Below are positions 54,058 to 64,000 of a stretch of DNA of 64,000 bases, one piece after another. The position numbers and the translations under genes are program-made. The stretch is taken from the NCBI RefSeq assembly GCF_001194135.2, contig NC_068982.1:141923126-141987125 (forward strand), given 5' to 3'. The stretch is from Octopus bimaculoides. Its lineage: Eukaryota. Under the pieces are notes generated by a model. The model was not told the origin of the DNA. It saw only the letters and a program-made list of their open reading frames with translations, and did not search any database. The number at the start of each line of letters is the position of its first letter. The stretch's first letter is position 1.

Positions 54058-54365
54058 TGACCAAAACTGCGTGTACTCCATCCCGTGCAGCTGTGGTAGT
54101 TTATACAGAGGCGAAACACGCCGCCCCATCGAAATAAGAATAAAGGGAACATCGCAAAGCTGTGACACGAGGAGATATTGTTAAATCGTGTCTAGCTGAT
54201 TATGTATGGAAAAACGGAGATCACCTCTCCCTGTGGGATTAAGTTAAAGTAATAGACAGAGAACACCACTGGAAAATACGAAAACTAAAAGAAGCAGCAC
54301 ATATGCTATGACACAACCACCTAATAATAATAATAATAATCATAATCCTAATAATAATAATAATG

Positions 54366-54410
<45 letters not shown>

Positions 54411-54590
54411 GCGAAAGATACCTTGAGAATGAGAACCCAGGTTCGAAATTTTCCCAAGACACCTGATGAAGGCTGGAGGCTACATCAGCCGAAACGTTGT
54501 GTCAACAACAAAGATGAAGACAATTATCCGTCAAATGTAAATAACGTAAATAATGTACACAATTCCTCATCTCTTAAATATAGAACTGTA
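54058..54590 (+). mobile_element. Penelope-like element 3' fragment (GIY-YIG, (AAT)n, pLTR with hammerhead)
   Basis: Reads QNCVYSIPCSCGSLYRGETRRPIEIRIK(fs)EHRKAVTRGDIVKSCLADYVWKNGDHLSLWD*VKVIDREHHWKIRKLKEAAHML, a PLE GIY-YIG domain. Confidence 0.92.
54458..54503 (+). ncRNA. Minimal type I hammerhead ribozyme
   Basis: Stem I GACAC/GUGUC, core CUGAUGA plus an extra A, stem II GGCUG/CAGCC, GAAA, palindromic helix III ACGU and a GUU cleavage triplet (cut after 54498). Confidence 0.85.
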
Positions 54591-54974
54591 TTCTCTTTTA
54601 TTTTACGGAATATTTTGTGAGCTCATGAGGATTTTAGCGAATCTTTCATTAAGTCAATCTTGATCCATACAAGCAGTTAGAAGTAAGACTAAAGAAAAAG
54701 GTCTGAAGAACTCGATAACCTCTACAATGAGTGCAACCATGTTCTCTCCTGGACAGCTCTTATGGAACTTACCCACAAGAAAATTGTGGGAGAATTAACT
54801 GACCAGCATTTAAAGGGCTGTATTTCTCATTTTAGATTGTGCTGAGTGATTCAGATTTCGTTGGGCAAACGCCTACAGTCGATCCGTTACAATATTTCCA
54901 CCATGTTGTTCTCATGTACATGGGTACTCTTCTTTTGCTTCTTTTGCACCCTTTTAAAGCATAGCCAGGCTCTT

Positions 54975-55232
54975 GGGCCCGTTTTTTCGGTTTCTATGGC
55001 GTATTTGGTCCCCCACCCAGCTGGACGGGACGCCAGTCCATCGTAGTGTTACTCAAGAAACAGGAAGAAAGAGTGAGAGAAAGTTAGGGCGAAAGAGTAC
55101 AACAGAGGTCCCCCCCCCACCACCTGCCGAAGCATCGTGGAGCTTTTAGGTGTTTTCGCTCAATAAAAACACACAACGCCCAGTCTGGGAATCGAAAGCG
55201 CGATCCACCGCTGCTCTAACCACTGGGCCATT
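54975..55232 (-). mobile_element. Family B SINE with V-domain-like 3' part
   Basis: Head AATGGCCCAGTGGTTAGAGCAGC...TTCGATTCCC and body shared with the 13518 copy, followed by CGATGGACTGGCGTCCCGTCCAG. Confidence 0.8.
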
Positions 55233-56539
55233 ACTACAACCACATTATCCAATGTGAAGTTTTCCAAACTCATAAGATGTTATTTCTAGTAGCACATGAG
55301 TGTTTCAATCCTAGGAGTGAACTATTATCTTCGTTTATCTCCAGATCACCACCGGCCTCCAGAATATCTACTATCAAAGATATTCCAGCCGCCCGTGACT
55401 ATTTGGGTTTTTAGAATAATCAGTACAAGTTTCAACTGGCTAATCGCTCATTAACTTCATTTCCTATGGGGAAATCACAAAGGTATTATCATTACTGACT
55501 TCGACCGAGAAGGATTTCTTTTCGTGGAAAATATGTTCCAAAAAAAGCTGAAAATGTTTGGAAGAATTTATCACTCGCTGAGATGCGAAACTCTCAAGCT
55601 TATTGAGAACGAGAGCAGTTTGATTTTGATGAGTGAACCAAATTACTCAACTAAAAACAACGTGAACCATAAAATGAAGCAGGGTACAATAGTTCCATTG
55701 CACAATACAATGAACTTGTGAATAAACAATAAATTAAGTGTTACTTGGAAGGCTGGAAAGATACGCAGAGCTACATGTCTTTAAGATCCAGAGTAAGGAA
55801 TATATGGACAAGAGAAGGTACACGTACAACTAACACATCATGCGCCATATAGTACCACGAGTAACACACACATTAACACAAACTAACACGCATACACACT
55901 CAAACACAGATACTCATACGTAGGCAGACACATACAAGTACGCGCATGCGCTGGCACGACATCAGAACAATTACAATACAAAATGCTTTTAAATCAAAAA
56001 TATACTAACTTAATGAAATAAAATTTTCATACATTCCTTAATCAAAGACTTACGTGTTCTACTGTACAACACGAAAGTAAAAAATAAAGAACTAAATTGA
56101 ATTAAATCAGAAATGTTGTAAATATTTAGCCAAATACGCAAACAAACATATAAAACATTCTACGATGCAATTTGCGTCATCACCAACCTAAAAAAAAATG
56201 CCACATTGCAACACATGGTGCAATGACATGTTCAAGTAACTATTCCACTCCAAAGCAATAAAAATCATTACGTACGTTTCCAAATTTAAACAACTGCACC
56301 AAAACAAAAATACGAAATGCAAGATATATGATTTTAAACTAAACAAGAATCTGTTGGAAAGCGCAACAACCACATATATTCCCTGAAACTCAATCGCTTT
56401 AGGGCCTGAGGAAATAACAAACAGAAGTGAGGAACTCCTAGCGCTGGAAGGGATAATTCAAATTTTTAACAGAAGCAGCATCACAGAATAACACTATTTA
56501 GGTATATATTCAAAAGTCCTAGAATGAGCCATTCTAGGT

Positions 56540-56960
56540 ATCGGTTTCAAATTTAGACACTGGGCCAGTAAGTTCGGAGGAGGGATCTAGATGGTAACGT
56601 TGACCCCCAGGATGCAATTGGTATTTATTTTATCGACCCTGAAAAAATGAAAGGAATCTAAACTCAGAAGCTAAATACGGACGAAAAGCCGCTAAGCATT
56701 TCGCCCGTAGCGCTAGTGATTCTCTCAGCTCACCACCTTATCTCATCTTAGATATTGATTTCAAATTTCGGTACAATGCTACCAATTTTGGTGGAGTGTA
56801 AATCGATTATATTGACCCCAGTAATCAACGGGTACTTATTTTATCGACTCCGCAAACATGAAAGGCAAAAACGACATCGTTGGAATTTAAACTCAGAGCT
56901 CAGAGAACGAAATGTCGCAATGCATATCACGAGCTAATGATTCTACCAGCTCGCCACCTT
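56540..56960 (-). mobile_element. Two tandem family A SINE copies
   Basis: Both end on the plus strand in the reverse-complemented head (CAGCTCACCACC at ~56735 and CCAGCTCGCCACC at ~56960). Confidence 0.85.
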
Positions 56961-57586
56961 GTACCTCACCACATTGTACCAGCACATCGAAGCATTCTCA
57001 TAAATTTGAACAATTATACTAACCATACGATAAACTAAGGATGTTTTTGACATAAAAGAATTACTTCATCCGCCAGCGACATTAGAAAAGCAGTTGATTC
57101 TTACATGATTTATTCTTGTGACACAATTCAAAATACAGTATTTAGTATGACAAACAAATTGCATGCCACGAATTACAGAAGGTCACAGTCTCTATAATTG
57201 TACTATAAAATAAACTAAGATGAAAGTCAATTTATTTCAGGCTTTAATCCATTGAAAGATCTGCTGACGACTACTTTTAGACGGCAGAGATAATGGTATA
57301 CAAGGTTATTTTTAGTTTTCTGTCAGTTAGTAATTCCTGTATTTCCTAGAGATTAATCTATTTCTATTGTTATTGTAATATAGCAAATTTACATATCACT
57401 ACAGTTTATTATTGCATTTTACATCCACCAAACAAATGGTAAATAGCATTCGTACAATATTACCAGAAGGATGATAACTTTATATAAATTAAAGTGCAAT
57501 TTATACGATGTAAAATATGCCATTGATTTATATTTTTATTATGAGAATTGTTTGGAGGACATAGCGTTTCTCTTGTCTTCGTAAAG

Positions 57587-57690
57587 TTGCTGCAATAACA
57601 ATGTCGCTCAACCGGTCCATGCCGACAGCGGCGGGCAAAATATTAGAGCAATGGAAATACTGTTCTGGAAAATAATAGAAAAGCACAGTG
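57587..57690 (+). CDS. Candidate 104 nt exon of an unidentified gene (CCNNNVAQPVHADSGGQNIRAMEILFWKIIEKHS)
   Basis: Acceptor TTTCTCTTGTCTTCGTAAAG, donor GTATGT, locally higher GC and one open frame. No homology recognised. Confidence 0.2.
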
Positions 57691-58743
57691 GTATGTGTTG
57701 GGAAGGAGTTTATTGCCATGGATAATGTGAGGATAATTTATGACAAAGTAAAGATTGGCTGATGGAGGTGCACGGTAAAAGCTATGTCAGATAAGATTTT
57801 CCGATTATACCGTACGAAAAATACATTGAAGGATAAGGTAGTACAGACTAATCGAGATGCTGCTGGGTATATTTGAATTATAGATATGATGGCAATAGAT
57901 TAAGTGGTAAATAAGAATTGTACATGGTACAGAGAACGATACAATATATGAAATCGGCAGTGGATTGATTCAGCCACAGAAAGAATTAAAAATAAAGACT
58001 GGCACATAATAAGAATTAACAGTATCAAAGCAAGACGTTTTATGAAGGCTTAGAATTGTATTTCATCCATGTTTATAGTCCTTTTACTACTCCAAAATAA
58101 GTTTTTTGTAAGGAAACGTATATTTTGATATTTTTCTTACATTTATTCTTTTCTAACACCTTACGTCGTTGAATAATAAATAATCCAAAGCACTGGATAC
58201 GTCATTCTTTTACTCATAGAATATCACACTATCATAAATTTTCATTACTGCGTTTTTATTATTCTCATATATATGTACACAAACACACACACACATGCAC
58301 GAATACATACATACGTACATAAATACATATGCATGTATATATATATANNNNNNNNNNNNNNNNNNNNNNNNNNNNNNNNNNNNNNNNNNNNNNNNNNNNN
58401 NNNNNNNNNNNNNNNNNNNNNNNNNNNNNNNNNNNNNNNNNNNNNNNNNNNNNNNNNNNNNNNNNNNNNNNNNNNNNNNNNNNNNNNNNNNNNNNNNNNN
58501 NNNNNNNNNNNNNNNNNNNNNNNNNNNNNNNNNNNNNNNNNNNNNNNNNNNNNNNNNNNNNNNNNNNNNNNNNNNNNNNNNNNNNNNNNNNNNNNNNNNN
58601 NNNNNNNNNNNNNNNNNNNNNNNNNNNNNNNNNNNNNNNNNNNNNNNNNNNNNNNNNNNNNNNNNNCAAGGAGTGATACGATGGTGAGGGACAAACAAAC
58701 ACACACACACACACACGAACACACACACACACACACACACACG

Positions 58744-58794
<51 letters not shown>

Positions 58795-58799
58795 CATGC

Positions 58800-59240
58800 T
58801 GATCACGTAACGGGAAAATCTGACATTGCTTGAGGTAGATCATGCAGGTGTCTTTGAACGTCTCCTAACCCAGAATGAGTGTTAGGTTCATGACTTGGAG
58901 AGACGAAGAGGCAATCTATGCTTTGGAAACCCCCTCTTCATCTGTTCAAAATGATGACAAGAAGGTTTCATCTGCGTGGTAGGAGATGGCTCTAGTTTTG
59001 GAGGCAAAAGAGCATTGTGCTCATAGACTTTAAAGGAACCGCATCATCAATAGGAAGTACTATGCCAACTTGCTGAGACGAAAGGCTATCAAATCTAAAC
59101 ACCGAAGTAAACTCCTCCAGCACACAAATCCTTCGTTTAAATGGCTGCTCTGCCTGACTGTGCCATTTAACTGGTTAATCAACCTCCTTATTCTCCTAAT
59201 TTGGTCGCATCTTCTCCCCCCCCCCAGCATGAAAAAAACA
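58800..59240 (+). mobile_element. Mariner transposase catalytic-domain remnant
   Basis: Frameshifted pieces ETKRQSMLWK, FW..KSIVLID, INRKYYANLLR and LVNQPPYSPNL match the mariner DD34D region. Confidence 0.85.
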
Positions 59241-59269
59241 CTTAACTAGGAGCCAGTATTGTACCGGTG

Positions 59270-60070
59270 TTGGAGCCAATGTTGTACCAGGCATATCTAT
59301 TACTACATTGATTATTGCAGTGTTGGTCTCCCACGGTTTCTTGAGCTCTATGACTACAGCTTTAATATTTCTAATTTGTTCCTAGTAGTTTAGTACCAAT
59401 TCTGCTATCATAGAGACTTACAAAATCTATGATATTGCATTGTTTGTTTACTTTGTCCTCTATAACTGTCTGGCCTTCTTGCCGCAATAGTATGGTAAGT
59501 CTTAATGGCGAAGTCTTACAGCATCTTGTAATTCTCATTTTCTATCACAGCTTCTGGTTCATGCACATAACACTTTCCTGTTGTTTTGAAGTCAAATGCT
59601 CGGCTAACATCCCCATCTTATTGTACTTTTGCCCATACAGTCTTGTCTGTGCTTGTACTCCATTTGCGCTAGTATACTGCATTCGCTGAAAATGTGACTG
59701 ACACTCTCTTTCCCTTTCCCTTAGAATCTGCGTTTGCTGTCTGAGTTTTGTCGATTTTTGTCTTTATCGGATTTGTACTTGGTTGTTCATAGTTAACGTT
59801 TCTGTTTCTCATTTCAAGTTCCTCTTCGTCAAGCAAAGCGAATGGACGTCACATCCATATGTTTCGATATGTTGCATGAATCGCCACAGACATTCATTTC
59901 TTTCCATATATTCATTATGTTGTTCTTACGTTGCTCTTTGAAGTCTCCTACTGTTTCAATAACTTTGTGGTTATCTCTGGCTATCGAAAATATCTGTGGA
60001 ACATAATTCTTGTGACCCAACTCTGCCATCACTTTATTTACACTTTTCTGACGCTAAAATTTACAGATTC
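59270..60070 (-). mobile_element. Third R4/Dong-like RLE fragment (decayed)
   Basis: Minus strand reads TNPIKTKIDKTQ...ESVSHIFSECSILAQMEYKHRQD...YVHEPEAVIENENYKML*DFAIKTYHTIAARRPD...NKQCNIIDF, covering the zinc-knuckle region and the RLE PD motif. Confidence 0.85.
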
Positions 60071-60075
60071 CTCAT

Positions 60076-60093
60076 TGATACTACTACTACTAT

Positions 60094-60155
<62 letters not shown>

Positions 60156-60170
60156 ACACTACTACTATTG

Positions 60171-60213
<43 letters not shown>

Positions 60214-60234
60214 CATTACTACTACTACTACAAT

Positions 60235-60285
<51 letters not shown>

Positions 60286-60372
60286 CACTACTACTACTAC
60301 TACCACTACAACCACTACTGCTACAGCTGCATACTACTACTCCTCTTCCACTTCCACCTCCTCCTCCTCCTC

Positions 60373-60405
<33 letters not shown>

Positions 60406-60417
60406 TTACTACTACTA
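60076..60417. repeat. (ACT)n compound microsatellite with ACC/CCT blocks
   Basis: Read directly from the sequence; it explains the poly-T, poly-L and poly-V ORFs. Confidence 0.95.
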
Positions 60418-61545
60418 TATTTAAACGTACGTTTCACCTAATCTGAATTACCTAATTTTACATTTTACATTTTCTAAATTCTTAGCATTTTGCAATTAAT
60501 TTTTTAAATTTTTTTTACTTTTTGATACCAATGTCGTTGATTTGAATTTTAGATTTAATTCGTAGTTATATTTATTAGTTTTGTTAAATGTATATTTTTT
60601 AACGCTCGATATTTAACTTTTCCCCTTTGAATTTTGAAATTTTATCCATATTCACTTTAATTTTCTTAATTTTCTATATCAAAATTTTAAAATTTTAACT
60701 CTTATTACCTATTTTAAATGTTTACTTAAAATTCTTTTCCACCTTTGCGAATATTCAATTTTATATTTTCATTTTTTTTTTATTTCTTATTTCATATTTC
60801 AATACTCTGATTTAAAAATTTTCTGTTTCTAATTTTTAACTTTTAATTTTAATTTTCGATGTTTAATTTATTCTTCATTTTATCTCACTTCATTTTAATA
60901 TATTTATAGGCAACATATGTGTACAATATAGATGAGATATACATTTCATATACGGACCACAAGCATTAAGGAGTGTTGTTTAGAAATAAAAACGAGTTAT
61001 CAGTTGAAATACGCTTGGGACATATTCGAACCGGTAAGAAATCCATTCACTGAATTTTCTCATTGGGAATATTTCTTGCCGTCTTGGATAAAATTTCTCG
61101 CATAAAACAAATAGCTTTAAATACACCAACTCAATTCGAAGCGCCCTCTAGACAGTCAGGTTAGTGCATATCTCCTTTTCAAGCATCAATTATCACAAAT
61201 GGGATCGCTACGAACTGACAAAATGAATGATATCTCTACCGCTATCGTACTGTAGCTGGCAGCGGATATCGGAGGATCGTCGTCAATAATGCATAGGGGA
61301 TAAGCGTTAAGCGGTGATATGTATAAATACAAACTTTTACCCGTTCAAATAAGCTTCGGGAATTTTGGAGCCGGAAAGAATGTGATTCGCTCTATTCTGT
61401 TATACAAAGGCAGCTTCGGATGACTCAGTGTGCTTACACCTATATCTCTACAGCAGGAAATGTGAAAGTCATATTGAAAAATAAATTTATTTTCACCTCC
61501 CGCTAATCCTCACTTTAACAGACAGTCTGTTAAAGTCTGTCAGGC

Positions 61546-61590
61546 GAGGCCTGATGAATGCCAATAGGCATGAAAGCACGTACTCGCCTT
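61546..61590 (+). ncRNA. Minimal type I hammerhead ribozyme
   Basis: Stem I GAGGC/GCCUU, core CUGAUGA, stem II AUGCC-AAUA-GGCAU, GAAA, near-palindromic GCACGUAC and a CUC triplet (cut after 61585). Confidence 0.75.
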
Positions 61591-61999
61591 TATACATTTG
61601 ATTTTCTTTATATATTTGATTCTCTATATTTAATACTCAATATTTCATATATTCAATAAGACATTCAACACTTCATTTCATTTTACCATTTATATTATAT
61701 TATATATTCCATATTCAATATCCCACATTAATTTTATAAGAATATAAATAAAACATAAAAAGAGTTGGAACTCTTTTTAAATAATATATTCCTCTATACA
61801 CGATCATATAATACCCTTTTTTGTATATATTTTTTCATTTNNNNNNNNNNNNNNNNNNNNNNNNNNNNNNNNNNNNNNNNNNNNNNNNNNNNNNNNNNNN
61901 NNNNNNNNNNNNNNNNNNNNNNNNNNNNNNNNNNNNNNNNNNNNNNNNNNNNNNNNNNNNNNNNNNNNNNNNNNNNNNNNNNNNNTATACGTATATGTC

Positions 62000-62205
62000 T
62001 GTGTTTGTCACCGCATCCCCGCCGCTTGACAACCGGTGTTGGGATGTTCACGTCCCAGTAACGTAGATGTTCGGCAACAAAGGCCAATAGAATACGTACT
62101 GGGCTTACAAACTAAGTCCTGGGGTCGACATGTTCGACTAAATTACTTTCAGACTATGTTCCATTATGGCTGCAATCAAATGACTTAAACGACTAAAATA
62201 ATAAA
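62000..62205 (+). mobile_element. Family C SINE 3' part
   Basis: GCTTGACAACCGGTGTTGG...AGTCCTGGGGTCGACATGTTCGACTAAA...CAAATGACTTAAAC; similar to 52082-52275 and weakly to 1400-1505. Confidence 0.6.
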
Positions 62206-62208
62206 TGA

Positions 62209-62256
<48 letters not shown>

Positions 62257-63369
62257 GTGTGTGTATGTGTGTATGTGTGTGTGTGTGTGTGGTGCTCTCT
62301 TCAGCAGGCCTTTCAAACCAAATACTGGGTATATATGTTTATATGTGACGTGTGTTTTTGTCATGTGTATGTACATATATATGTGTGTGTGTGAGTGTGT
62401 GTGAAGCATTATTATTGTTGTTTTTATTAGAATTATTAATTGCATTTTTATTTGTTTGCCGTATTTCTAATTTCTATATGTTTCTATTATGTATGCTCCT
62501 ATCATTATAGTCTACCGACAGTTATATGTTTCATACAGTTAATAGGGAAAACAAACACAAGTCGACATTCTAAGTACAAGGAACACTAAATATCACACTT
62601 GTATATCTGAACTATAAATCAAAATACGTTTAGATTCAAATCGTCATAAGGATTGATTTTTTGTTACAGAATGAGTGTAATTCTATATTTAACAACAGTC
62701 CATGTATACTGTCATTTATAAATATTTAATTACACTGTCTATTAAAGATAAAAAGAGGATGTATTCAGATTAAATGATATTGGCGTGCTTTGAATTCAGA
62801 ATGTATTTACACTTCACTGAGCATTCTAACCATTTCGTAAAGTCGTTTTCTACAAGGAAATAAGTTAATGCAAAGATTCATTATATTCTTATAGGAACTA
62901 TACAGCTATTGAAACGAAAAAGACTGGCAAATTTCCTTGTTTTCTCGTTATCTGTTTTTTTTTTTTTTTAAAGAGAGTAAATGATGGGATATGTAGGATG
63001 TTTCATTGGCAATACCCAGATGAAGAATCAGATTATTATTGATGGAAAAGGTTGATGTAGCACTGGCATACACAAATCATTGCACCATCGTTTAGACGGA
63101 CACTTGTGTTTTAACTTTATCAATCTAGTAAGTTGCACGTTGACAAAGATTTGTAAATCGATTAAATTAACTCCATTATGTCACTGTAGCATTATGTCTT
63201 TCGCAATTAGGACAATTAATAGACGTAGCTAAAGTTGGTAGAATTTCTGCAGGAAATATAAAGACTAGTCACAAGTACAAGTAAATTTTTAACACTCTCT
63301 AACGATTCTGTCGAACCACCACACGAAATAAACAGTTTGTTGTAGTTACGCTAATTACATTCATCATTT

Positions 63370-63514
63370 TTTAAGATTGAGGCAAAATTGTAAGCGCGCC
63401 GGACAAAGTGCTGGGAGTAGTTTTGTCCGTCTTTGCCGTATGAACTCAAATTCCACCGAATTTAACGTTGCCTTTCATCCTTTTGGGGTCGGCAAAATAA
63501 GTACCGGTCAAGCA
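63370..63514 (+). mobile_element. Family A SINE interrupted at its central domain
   Basis: The consensus is followed up to AAATAAGTACCGGTCAAGCA, after which the sequence switches abruptly to unrelated GC-rich DNA. Confidence 0.8.
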
Positions 63515-64000
63515 GCGAAGTTCCGCCGGCGAACTGCCGGTGCGATCGACAGGCCGTCGTCTCGGCGGCGATAACGACCGCGAGTGTGTGTGTCCGTGCG
63601 TTACGCACGCTAGACGCTAGGACAGGTGGCCGAGGCGCTCGATGGACGGGAAGCAGGAGGAGCGAGTCGCCTCTGCGGCGAGAAGGAAGCTGGCGGGCGA
63701 TCGGGAGTAATTAGGAGCAAAGAGAAAGCGGAGGACGGTCAGGCGGCGCAGTTCTGCAGGCGACGCAGTTCTGCAGGCGGCGCAGTTCTGCAGGCGAACA
63801 GCCGGTGCGATTTAAAGGCCGAAGTCTCGGCCATGATACGAGCCCCAATCCGAGCCGCAGTCGGTACCGCGAGGGGTCCGACCCGAACACTCTCGGGTCG
63901 GACCCGGCGGAACAGTTGCGGTCTAGTTGCCCTCACACCCCAAGGAGGTCCAGACTACTATGTAGGAGTAGCAGCCGTCGATCGGATGGTGTTTCGTCTG
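63515..64000. other. GC/CpG-rich insertion running off the window, probably a retroelement end
   Basis: Abrupt compositional switch, three copies of a 17 bp unit (63740-63790) and several perfect hairpins. Confidence 0.6.

Overview
AT-rich, gene-poor eukaryotic draft-assembly window with nine N-gaps, most abutting (TA)n, (CA)n or (CT)n tracts. The SINE families, microsatellite density and base composition suggest an octopus genome (inference, not checked). No host gene can be called with confidence, and most ORFs on the track are microsatellite or gap artefacts. The window is almost entirely transposon debris: about 20 tRNA-headed SINE copies in three families, one full-length decayed Tc1 element with TIRs and TA duplication, four mariner-type fragments, three R4/Dong-like and one HERO-like RLE retrotransposon fragments, three Penelope-like (PLE) GIY-YIG fragments and a ~950 bp foldback element. 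The most interesting signal is five minimal type I hammerhead-ribozyme motifs from apparently four families. Three lie downstream of PLE GIY-YIG fragments, two look intact, and one family has an altered catalytic core (CUGUCGA). A second theme is retroelements nested in (TAA)n tracts.
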